Shown here in pieces: positions 1 through 7,324 of a stretch of 45,620 bases of DNA (position 1 is its first letter; the number at the start of each line of letters is the position of its first letter). The notes beneath the pieces were generated by a model. The model did not search any database and was not told the origin of the DNA. It saw only the letters and a program-made list of their open reading frames with translations. The translations under genes and the position numbers were made by a program. The DNA is from an uncultured Candidatus Saccharibacteria bacterium (GTDB lineage: Bacteria > Patescibacteriota > JACPGU01 > CAZICA01), in assembly GCA_964537705.1 (NCBI GenBank), contig CAZICA010000002.1:1-45620 (forward strand), read 5' to 3'.

Positions 1-87
1 ACCCAGCACCTTCAAAACTTATTTAACCTCAGGTGCCCAAAAGGGCTTAAACCTCTAAGGCCTGAGGTTTGAAAGGAGGGAGTAGAG

Positions 88-1686
88 ATGGCCATGACAG
101 AAAAAGTAAATTCTGAAACGAAACAAAAAATTTTGCAGGAATTACTTGATTTTACTCAAGAAACTAGCTGGACAGATGCTGACTGTATTCGAGATTTAGC
201 GAAAATTAATGCCTTAGCTGCTACAGAAATATTCTTTAACTGCAATAAATGTATCAATAACCGTGATAACTTATTACTGGAAATTTGCAGGGAGGCAGCA
301 GCTCAGGGAGTTAAGGATGCTCGTCTGGACGAACAATTTTTGAAGCAACTCAAGGAAAGAAGCATTTCTTTCTTCGAGAGAACCAAAGCATTTCCTTATA
401 ATCCCGAGGCAATTGAAGCTCATCTTCGAGAAGAAGGAGAATCTTGTTATTCTTCCAAGGTAGACAATGGTACTCGTACGTGGTGGGAACGTCTCTGCGA
501 GGAGGTAGAAGAAGCGAAAAAGCAACGTCCCCTTCGTGAACCGGAGCCAATAGATCCCACTGAATTGCTTGAAGAAGGCGAGAACATCCGCGAGTTAATC
601 CAAAGTTTACCCCTCTATGATCAATTTACGATGGTAAGTTTTTGGAATCGATATCGGGAAGTTTTGCCTCATGAATTGATTTCCAAAATTATTAGTTCCC
701 CGAAGCGAGTGGAAATAGCAGGATGTTTCAATGAACTTTTGTTGAAAAAACATCCAGTAGTAAATATAAAACTGGAAAAAGCTCTTCATGAAGGAGTAAA
801 AGAAGAGGAGTTGCGCGAGTTCCTCAAAAAGGTTAAAACTTTCGAAGACAAAGGTATTATGGACGTAATTGATAAAGCACCTCTCGAAGTAGCTGAACAA
901 ACCTTTGAGCTTGTCAAATATTTTTATGGTACCAATCTTTTTGAGAAATTTAATACCTTGCTCGAAGAAATTCGTCAACTTGCGCAAGAAGGTAGACTCA
1001 CCACTCAGAAATTAGAGCAAATAAAAGATTCTTATAGGCGTAAATATCTGTATATTGTTACTTCTTCCAAAATTTTTACGATTTTTTGGACAGGTAAGCA
1101 CTCCTTTATCGGCGACACGATCGCAAATGGCCGGCTGGTCCGGTACGCCTCGGGAATAGGGTATTTCAAACTTTCTGAGGACGGGAAAACTATTACTCGT
1201 TTCTCTGGCAGTGGAAGGAAGTCTTGGAGTTATACCTTTAAAAAACCTGGTGAGTACCGAGTGGGACCAAGATATGCTCATCGCGTAATTAAACCCGAAG
1301 ATGAACCTGATCCAATAAAGAAAGTCCTTCGGGAGGAAAAAGTCGGACTTTCTAAGGTAAGATGGATGAAAAAGGATGAAATTTTGGAGAGTTTTGAATT
1401 CTTTTGTGACATCCGGCGAGCTTATCCTCCTGGAACTTCTACCAGAGTCTGGAAAACTGATGGGAAGGTTGAAGTACTACACAGTGAGGTAAAATCTATG
1501 GAGCATATCAACCAATATTGTGATCCTGAGGTCCGATGCTCTGTCAAAATCACAAATGCTACTTATGCTATATGCGTAGGGAATTATGTTCAGATGAATG
1601 GGGTAGTTGTAAAGAGGTTGTGGGAAGTTGCAATATGGCCGAATTGTGATCCCCAACAGTTGAAAAAGATACTTGAGTCTTTTTGA
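88..1686 (+). CDS. hypothetical protein, 532 aa, no family recognised; compositionally atypical for this window
   Basis: Long uninterrupted ORF. GGAGGG lies about 9 nt upstream of ATG 88. A hairpin terminator follows. GC is visibly higher and CGN Arg codons are used, unlike the rest of the window. Confidence 0.7.
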   Translation: MAMTEKVNSETKQKILQELLDFTQETSWTDADCIRDLAKINALAATEIFFNCNKCINNRDNLLLEICREAAAQGVKDARLDEQFLKQLKERSISFFERTKAFPYNPEAIEAHLREEGESCYSSKVDNGTRTWWERLCEEVEEAKKQRPLREPEPIDPTELLEEGENIRELIQSLPLYDQFTMVSFWNRYREVLPHELISKIISSPKRVEIAGCFNELLLKKHPVVNIKLEKALHEGVKEEELREFLKKVKTFEDKGIMDVIDKAPLEVAEQTFELVKYFYGTNLFEKFNTLLEEIRQLAQEGRLTTQKLEQIKDSYRRKYLYIVTSSKIFTIFWTGKHSFIGDTIANGRLVRYASGIGYFKLSEDGKTITRFSGSGRKSWSYTFKKPGEYRVGPRYAHRVIKPEDEPDPIKKVLREEKVGLSKVRWMKKDEILESFEFFCDIRRAYPPGTSTRVWKTDGKVEVLHSEVKSMEHINQYCDPEVRCSVKITNATYAICVGNYVQMNGVVVKRLWEVAIWPNCDPQQLKKILESF

Positions 1687-1698
1687 AAATTTTAAACA

Positions 1699-1727
1699 GG
1701 CGGGATTTTCCCGCCTTCTTTTATTTC
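1699..1727 (+). terminator. rho-independent terminator
   Basis: Stem GGCGGGA (1699-1705) pairs with TCCCGCC (1709-1715) around a 3-nt loop, followed by a T-rich tract. Confidence 0.75.
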
Positions 1728-1731
1728 CCTC

Positions 1732-1760
1732 TTGACAAAATTTTTAAAATATGCTATTAT
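1732..1760 (+). promoter_or_regulatory. sigma-70-type promoter
   Basis: TTGACA (1732-1737), a 17-nt spacer, then TATTAT (1755-1760). It sits about 30 nt upstream of ATG 1793. Confidence 0.65.
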
Positions 1761-1792
1761 TATATTGAACCTTAACAAAGGAGGTGATATAG

Positions 1793-2167
1793 ATGAGAAA
1801 GATAGCGATTGCATTAGTATTAGTAATTGGATTAGCGATTACAATAGCGGCGATTTATCGAAGTACAAGTAAACAAAAAGTAGTAGATCTTCCTGAGGTA
1901 GATGCAGTGGTAAACGAATATCTAATTGAGGGCCAGGAAATTATTCTGGGCGCTACGAGAAATTTCCCCCTTGATGAAGAAGAACCTACTGGATATTTAC
2001 TGATGTTAACTGATGACAGTTGCTTTCTAGCAAGTCCAAAAAAAAGCCCCTTAAGAAACATTCCCGTAGTACTAGAGGTAGAACACTTGCAATACTTGTA
2101 CCAGCTGATAGAGGAAGAAGGATACAGATTAAATTGTGAGAAAGTAAAAGCTATTACTAATTTTTGA
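1793..2167 (+). CDS. hypothetical membrane-anchored protein (single N-terminal TM/signal anchor)
   Basis: AAAGGAGGTGAT Shine-Dalgarno 5 nt upstream of the ATG. Hydrophobic N-terminus IAIALVLVIGLAITIAAI. Confidence 0.65.
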   Translation: MRKIAIALVLVIGLAITIAAIYRSTSKQKVVDLPEVDAVVNEYLIEGQEIILGATRNFPLDEEEPTGYLLMLTDDSCFLASPKKSPLRNIPVVLEVEHLQYLYQLIEEEGYRLNCEKVKAITNF

Positions 2168-2182
2168 AAGGAGGTGAGAAAA

Positions 2183-2377
2183 ATGAAAGAAAAAGGGGAA
2201 ATAAGGTGCCCCCGGTGTAACCATACGCTGGGGGAATATGAATATCTTTTCCCTTCTTACGAGTGTAATCTTCTGTTATTAAAAATGGGGCTCTTGTGCC
2301 CCTCTTGCCACGCAAAATTAAAGTGCGTGGCAAGCACAGGGATAGTAGATGCCCCTGTGGACATACAATTGAATTAA
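2183..2377 (+). CDS. small zinc-ribbon protein (CPRC...CPSC)
   Basis: The track starts at GTG 2174, but AAGGAGGTG at 2168-2176 overlaps that codon. ATG 2183 has correct SD spacing. Two CxxC pairs are present and a terminator follows directly. Confidence 0.6.
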   Translation: MKEKGEIRCPRCNHTLGEYEYLFPSYECNLLLLKMGLLCPSCHAKLKCVASTGIVDAPVDIQLN

Positions 2378-2402
2378 AGCGGGGATTTCCCGCTTATTTT
2401 TT
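2377..2402 (+). terminator. rho-independent terminator
   Basis: Stem AAGCGGG (2377-2383) pairs with CCCGCTT (2389-2395), followed by a T-run. Confidence 0.75.
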
Positions 2403-2411
2403 AAGGAGGTG

Positions 2412-2510
2412 ATGGAATTGGATAAATACGAAATTTATAAAAAAATCAGAAAACCCATTCCTCCTCCCTCAAAATATCATTCTTCAAAAAAAAGGAAAAA
2501 AGGGATATGA
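2412..2510 (+). CDS. possible micro-ORF encoding a basic ~31-33 aa peptide (..DKYEIYKKIRKPIPPPSKYHSSKKRKKGI)
   Basis: Not in the ORF track because it is under 60 aa. TAAGGAGGTGAT at 2402-2413. In-frame ATG 2412 or TTG 2418, stop TGA 2508-2510. It lies between two terminators. Confidence 0.25.
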   Translation: MELDKYEIYKKIRKPIPPPSKYHSSKKRKKGI

Positions 2511-2560
2511 TAAAAAGAAAGAAAGACAAAATTGGAAGAAAAAATTAAAAGAGATAATAT

Positions 2561-2592
2561 AATCCGGAAGAATTTCCGGATTTTTTATTTTT
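2561..2592 (+). terminator. rho-independent terminator
   Basis: A 9-bp stem AATCCGGAA (2561-2569) pairs with TTCCGGATT (2574-2582) around loop GAAT, followed by a T-run. Confidence 0.8.
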
Positions 2593-2627
2593 TAAAAATG
2601 GGATATAATAAAACAGAGGAGGATATT

Positions 2628-3254
2628 ATGAGAGAACCAATTCCAGAGGAAGAATTAATGGAATTAGCAAGAAAAGCAGAGGAAGAAGAAAAAGAACGTT
2701 TAAGTCCAGAGTTATTTCAAAAATTAGAAGAAAAGATTAAACCTCTTTTAGAAAAAGGAAAATTTAAAACAGAAATAATATCAGCTCCTCAAGAAGGTCT
2801 TTTGTATGAATTTGAACTAGAACATGAAACTCGTCTTAAATGCGAACCGTTTGAACCCAAAAAATGGGATACTCATATAATTGATGTTTATGATAAATCA
2901 GGAAGGTGCCGAATAAGAGTTAAAAATGGGAAACCAAGACTTTCTTTGAAAGTTCCCTTGTTATCAAAAGACCTGGAGCACGCTAAATGTTGTTTGAGAT
3001 TAGAATTTAAACCACTTTCTGAAAAAGATGAAAAAATGCTTTTTCAAATAAGAAATTTTCTATTAGAAGAGGAAGGAACACAAATTCATGAGAAATGGGG
3101 AAAACTTTTGATAGCACCTGATAAGACGAAAGTTTGGTTAAATAAGGATAACAAAGGAAATTATTGGATAGAAGTTGATAAAACAAAAGATATTGTTCTT
3201 CCTCCAGAGATAAAAGTTACAGGTTATGAAAAAAGTAAAGTAAAAATAGAATAA
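2628..3254 (+). CDS. CYTH-like (triphosphate-tunnel-like) domain protein with an acidic N-terminal region
   Basis: The track start at 2532 would read through the terminator hairpin. ATG 2628 has GAGGAGGA 4 nt upstream. The sequence has a CYTH-like strand pattern: YEFELEHE.., RCRIRVKNGKPRLSLKVP, LRLEFKPL, GNYWIEVDK. This assignment is from motif resemblance only. Confidence 0.45.
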   Translation: MREPIPEEELMELARKAEEEEKERLSPELFQKLEEKIKPLLEKGKFKTEIISAPQEGLLYEFELEHETRLKCEPFEPKKWDTHIIDVYDKSGRCRIRVKNGKPRLSLKVPLLSKDLEHAKCCLRLEFKPLSEKDEKMLFQIRNFLLEEEGTQIHEKWGKLLIAPDKTKVWLNKDNKGNYWIEVDKTKDIVLPPEIKVTGYEKSKVKIE

Positions 3255-3257
3255 AGA

Positions 3258-3857
3258 ATGAAAAATTCATTTAAAAAAGAATTTCTTCGATTTTCAAGAC
3301 TTGCAAATCAATTAGCACCTTGGGCAAAGGATGATAAATTAAAAGATCATGAGCCGAAATGGCATCAATTTGGAATAAAAAGGCATACTTTAGAAGTTTT
3401 GAAAGTAGCAGATTATTTATATAAAAAAACCAAAATAGATGTTAGAAGAGCAGCGATATGGCATGATATAGGGAAATATGTGGTTCGAAAAAAGAAGGAT
3501 GGTCAATACAGCTTTAAGGGCCATGAGAAAGCTTCAGTTGAGATTTTAAAAAAATATCAAATTCCTCTTACTGAAGAGGAATTTTTTATTATAGAGCATC
3601 ACGGAGATATAATTAAAAAAAGCATTTCCCGAATCAAAAAAATTTGCAAAGATAAAAATTTATTAGCGAAATTAGTAATTTTAGCTGTAGCAGATAAAAT
3701 AGGAAAAGGAGAAACCCCTCTTCAAAACTATCAAAGAAAGCTATTAATGGGTAAATATGTAAAACTGGCTGAATTAGCAGGATTGGATCCAAAATTGATT
3801 GAAAATTTATTTAAGAATAATTTAAAATTCTTAGAAAAAAGGAGGAAAAATGGTTGA
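3258..3857 (+). CDS. HD-domain metal-dependent phosphohydrolase
   Basis: The H...HD...H...HH...D pattern is present: RHTLEV, IWHDIGK, KGHEKAS, IIEHHGD, AVADKIGKG. The gene starts 3 nt after the upstream stop. Confidence 0.8.
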   Translation: MKNSFKKEFLRFSRLANQLAPWAKDDKLKDHEPKWHQFGIKRHTLEVLKVADYLYKKTKIDVRRAAIWHDIGKYVVRKKKDGQYSFKGHEKASVEILKKYQIPLTEEEFFIIEHHGDIIKKSISRIKKICKDKNLLAKLVILAVADKIGKGETPLQNYQRKLLMGKYVKLAELAGLDPKLIENLFKNNLKFLEKRRKNG

Positions 3858-6006
3858 AAAAGAGAAATTTATCCCAGAAGAAATTAAAAAATGGAGAATT
3901 CCTGAAGTTTATAATTTAAACGAAGGTTTGGATCAGGTAGAAAAGAGGATAAAGGAATTGATAGAGGAATTTGACAGGCCTATTATCGTTGCTGTTGCTG
4001 GAGGTTCTGCTTCAGGAAAAACCACCAAGGTAGCGAAAGAGTTAAAGAAAAGATTTGAGTCAATTGAAGGAGGAGCGGGAATTTTAAGTATGGATGATTA
4101 TTACAAAGGAAAAGATTTTATGGCAGCTCATCCTGAATTAAACTGGGATCAGCCAGAGGCTTTGGATTTAGATCAATTAAAGAAAGATCTTCATGAATTA
4201 AAATTAGGAAAAACAATTCAGAAACCTATTTATTCTATGAAAGAATCAATGCCTGTAGGAACAGAATCTTTTAAAGCTCCTAAAGTGCTAATTCTTGAAG
4301 GACTTTTTGCTTTACATGATATTTTAAGTGATGAAACTGATTTAAAAATATTTACTGAAGTCGGACTTCATGGAAGGTTATTAAGAAGATTGATGCGAGA
4401 TGTTGAAAGAACAGGATTAAATCAGAAAGTTATTTTGAAATATTATCAAGAAATTGTTGTGCCAATGCATGAGAAATATATTAAACCATCCAGAAAAGAA
4501 GCAGAATATATTATAATTAATGAATACGATCCAAAGAAAGAGACAGAGAAAATAAAGAATTATGAAGTTCAATTAAAAGTTCCTTTTAAATTTTCTGGAG
4601 AGAAACTAAAAGAGCTAGGCGCTGAGTTTGTTAAAAGTATTCATCAAAGAGATGTTTATTATATTCCTCCTAATAAAGAACCTGAGGAAGTTGATGAATT
4701 GATTCGGATTAGAAATGAAGGGGAGAGATATTTTATTACTTATAAAGGACCTCAAATTAGTAAGGAAGTTAGGATAAGACCGAAGATTGAATTCGAAATT
4801 GATAAAAATATGGCAGAAGTTCTTGAAAAATTGGGATATAAGCCATTTCTTGAGATTAAAAAAGATAGAGAAATTTATAAAATTAAAGAAGTAGAACTGG
4901 TTGTTGATGATGTAAAAGATTTAGGAAAATTTATAGAAATTAGAGCAAAAAAGCCAGAAGAAGAATCAGTGGTTAAAGAACTTTCAGCAAAATTAGCTAT
5001 AGATCCTTCTAAGGAAATAAGAAAGACTTATTTCGAGCTAATAAAAGAAGAATTAGAGAAGCCTATTGGACCGGAGATTTTTGATCAAGTTAAAAGGATT
5101 CTTAAAACCTCAAAAGATCGAAAAGAGAAATATTTAGAGTTGATAAAGGATTTGTCTATGAAAGAGATAGAAGATCGGATTTTAAAAATAAGAGAGAAGA
5201 TAAAAAATAAGCCTAAAGAAGTGGTATTTCCTGAATTGAGCCCAGAAGAACTAGGAGTTCTTGAAAAAAGAATTAAAGAACTAAAAAAAGATAAAAGAGT
5301 GGTAGAATTTAAAGAGTTGACTCGGGCTATTGAATTTCCTCTTTTAACTTTAAGGATTGATTATCTTTTAGGAACAAAAAAGATCTCTGGTTCGAGATTC
5401 AGAGAGGAGGCTTTGAAAATAGCTTCCTTTATGAGTAGAGAGATTCTTAAAAGAGAAAAATTATCCAAAGAAAACACTATTGTTATTGCTCCTTGGAGAG
5501 CTGGACTTTCAATAGCAGAAGCCTTTGCAGATCAATCTTTTAAAAATTTTTGGCATATAGGAGCTAGAAGAAATGAAAAAACTTTAGAAACAGAGATTTA
5601 TTATGAAGCAATTCCGAAAGTAGTTAATCAAGTTAAATTAGAAGAAAATAAAGGTTTAAAAGTGGTGATAACTGATCCGATGTTGGCAACTGGAAATACT
5701 ATTAAAGAAATAATAGACCGTCTTTTAAAATATCAAATTAAAGAGGAAAATATAATTGTAAATTCTATTATTTCTGCTCCTGAGGGAATTGTAGAATTAA
5801 CCGAAAGTTATCCAAAAATTAAAATTTATACTGGCTCTATAGATGAAAAATTAGATTCACGAGGTTTTATAGTTCCCGGTTTAGGAGATTTTGGAGATAA
5901 ATATTTTGATGGTATTACCTTGGAGTATATTCAAAAAAGATGGGTAGGGAAGAAATTAATAAGTCCTTCTGATTTTGGCTTTCTTCTTTATAGATTGCAA
6001 TTATAA
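3850..6006 (+). CDS. triple-domain fusion of uridine/cytidine-kinase-like P-loop kinase, CYTH (CyaB/ThTPase-like) domain and uracil phosphoribosyltransferase
   Basis: The kinase domain has AVAGGSASGKTT, DDYY, LILEG and RRLMRD..R motifs. The CYTH domain has YEVQLK, LIRIRNEG, ITYKGP, RPKIEFEI and LGKFIEIRA. The UPRT domain has IAPWRAGLS, VITDPMLATGNT, SAPEG and PGLGDFGDKYF. The gene overlaps the HD gene by 8 nt. Confidence 0.85.
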   Translation: MVEKEKFIPEEIKKWRIPEVYNLNEGLDQVEKRIKELIEEFDRPIIVAVAGGSASGKTTKVAKELKKRFESIEGGAGILSMDDYYKGKDFMAAHPELNWDQPEALDLDQLKKDLHELKLGKTIQKPIYSMKESMPVGTESFKAPKVLILEGLFALHDILSDETDLKIFTEVGLHGRLLRRLMRDVERTGLNQKVILKYYQEIVVPMHEKYIKPSRKEAEYIIINEYDPKKETEKIKNYEVQLKVPFKFSGEKLKELGAEFVKSIHQRDVYYIPPNKEPEEVDELIRIRNEGERYFITYKGPQISKEVRIRPKIEFEIDKNMAEVLEKLGYKPFLEIKKDREIYKIKEVELVVDDVKDLGKFIEIRAKKPEEESVVKELSAKLAIDPSKEIRKTYFELIKEELEKPIGPEIFDQVKRILKTSKDRKEKYLELIKDLSMKEIEDRILKIREKIKNKPKEVVFPELSPEELGVLEKRIKELKKDKRVVEFKELTRAIEFPLLTLRIDYLLGTKKISGSRFREEALKIASFMSREILKREKLSKENTIVIAPWRAGLSIAEAFADQSFKNFWHIGARRNEKTLETEIYYEAIPKVVNQVKLEENKGLKVVITDPMLATGNTIKEIIDRLLKYQIKEENIIVNSIISAPEGIVELTESYPKIKIYTGSIDEKLDSRGFIVPGLGDFGDKYFDGITLEYIQKRWVGKKLISPSDFGFLLYRLQL

Positions 6007-6036
6007 TTAATAAATTTTTAACATCGAGGGTTTTCG

Positions 6037-6062
6037 GAAGAGGTTTTACCTCTTCTTTTTTA
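6037..6062 (+). terminator. rho-independent terminator
   Basis: Stem GAAGAGG (6037-6043) pairs with CCTCTTC (6049-6055), followed by a T-run. Confidence 0.75.
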
Positions 6063-6098
6063 TATTTAAAAAATGTCTTGAAAAAGCCAAAAATCTTA

Positions 6099-6127
6099 TT
6101 GACAAATTTTTAAAAATATGGTATATT
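6099..6127 (+). promoter_or_regulatory. sigma-70-type promoter with extended -10
   Basis: TTGACA (6099-6104), a 17-nt spacer ending in TGg, then TATATT (6122-6127). Confidence 0.65.
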
Positions 6128-6169
6128 TTAAAAGGTCGGAGAAAATATAAATATATAAGGAGGTGACCA

Positions 6170-7156
6170 ATGGAAGAAAAAATAAAAGTAGAAAATCAAT
6201 CTATTCCAAATTTAAAGGTTATTAGTAAAGAAGATTTTATGAAAGAACTAACAGGAATTAGTTCAGAGTTTAATGCTTTAGAAGAGAAGAGGCCCGAGAA
6301 GGAAACTGAGAAAGATAAGTTTTTAAAATCTATTAAAGAAACTTTAGAACAATATCCTGATCTTAAAGAAACCGAAGTTTATAAAAATGTAGAAAAAACC
6401 ATTCAAGAAGTAAAACAAGTAAAACAAGAAAGAGAAGAAAAAGAACTCGAGAAGGATTTTACTCCTGTTCCAGAGAAAAGAAAGATGAGTGAAGAAGAAG
6501 AGAGAGAGCTATTTACTCAACTTTTAAGAGATGTAGAAAACGGAAGAACAAGAGGAGATATTTATAGAAATCTAGATAAAGCAATAGAACTAGGGGTATT
6601 AAAAAGATTGGAAAGAAAAGTTCCTCCTTATCTCTTGAAAGGACCTTACTTTAAATGGGGAAGAGAAACTTATTTACCTGAAAAGGGTTATCCAAGAGCT
6701 AGAGCTGAAGCACTTATAAGTAATTTGATAGAATTATCCAAAAAAGTTCGAGAAATAGAAAGAAAACAGAAAGAAAGGATTCTAGAAGAATATGAAAGAA
6801 TTAAAGATTCTGAGGTGAATATTTTGGATCTACTTCTTGATAAGAAAAAAACAGGAAAAGTAGGTTTCTCTTTAGATAAAACCATCGAATTTAACGGGAG
6901 ATTTAAGAGATATAAAGGAGTTTTGATCCTGGAAGCAAGAAGAATAAAAGGAGGAAGAAAATTAATTTTCTTAAAAGCAACTCCAGAACTCTATCGAAGA
7001 TTAAAACAAAAAAGACCTTTTACCCCAGATCTTAGAAATACTTCTTTAGAAACCCGAATTTTACTCACCGAGCTTAAAAGAGAAGCAGAGGTAGAAGAGG
7101 TTCGAAAGAAACTCAAGGAATTAAAAGTAAAAAAGCAGGTAGCTGAAAGAAAATAA
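6170..7156 (+). CDS. hypothetical Lys/Glu-rich protein, 328 aa
   Basis: AAGGAGGTGA Shine-Dalgarno 4 nt upstream. The gene has its own promoter. No family recognised. Confidence 0.65.
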   Translation: MEEKIKVENQSIPNLKVISKEDFMKELTGISSEFNALEEKRPEKETEKDKFLKSIKETLEQYPDLKETEVYKNVEKTIQEVKQVKQEREEKELEKDFTPVPEKRKMSEEEERELFTQLLRDVENGRTRGDIYRNLDKAIELGVLKRLERKVPPYLLKGPYFKWGRETYLPEKGYPRARAEALISNLIELSKKVREIERKQKERILEEYERIKDSEVNILDLLLDKKKTGKVGFSLDKTIEFNGRFKRYKGVLILEARRIKGGRKLIFLKATPELYRRLKQKRPFTPDLRNTSLETRILLTELKREAEVEEVRKKLKELKVKKQVAERK

Positions 7157-7324
7157 CTATTTTATCTCTAGAACCGGACCTTTGTTAATAAGGATAAGAT
7201 AGATTGTAATAGCAGTGACGATTAAAAGGATAAGAGCCCACCAAATTTTGGAAAGATGCTTCTTCTTTTCAAGATACTCTGTTTCCTCTTGAATATTTGG
7301 TTTTACAATATCAAAATATTTCAT
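7157..7324 (-). CDS. small single-TM protein, 55 aa (MKYFDIVKPNIQEETEYLEKKKHLSKIWWALILLIVTAITIYLILINKGPVLEIK)
   Basis: Not in the track because it is under 60 aa. Its ATG overlaps the methyltransferase stop as ATGA at 7321-7324. It has a clear hydrophobic helix and a TAG stop at 7157-7159. Confidence 0.5.
   Translation of the reverse strand: MKYFDIVKPNIQEETEYLEKKKHLSKIWWALILLIVTAITIYLILINKGPVLEIK

Noticed and set aside
274-1281. Four minus-strand ORFs (274-525, 350-550, 607-987, 1012-1281) inside the 532-aa gene
   Set aside because: They lie entirely antisense to a longer ORF that has a good SD and a terminator. They have no translation signals of their own and give low-complexity products. 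These are shadow ORFs.
1-2402. Calling the GC-richer island a defined mobile element or prophage
   Set aside because: No integrase, repeat boundaries or att-like duplication is visible, and the left end is outside the window. I report it only as a compositional anomaly.
2532-2627. N-terminal extension of the CYTH-like gene as given by the ORF track (TTG start at 2532)
   Set aside because: The extension would translate straight through a 9-bp-stem terminator and its T-run (2561-2592). ATG 2628 has a proper GAGGAGGA site.
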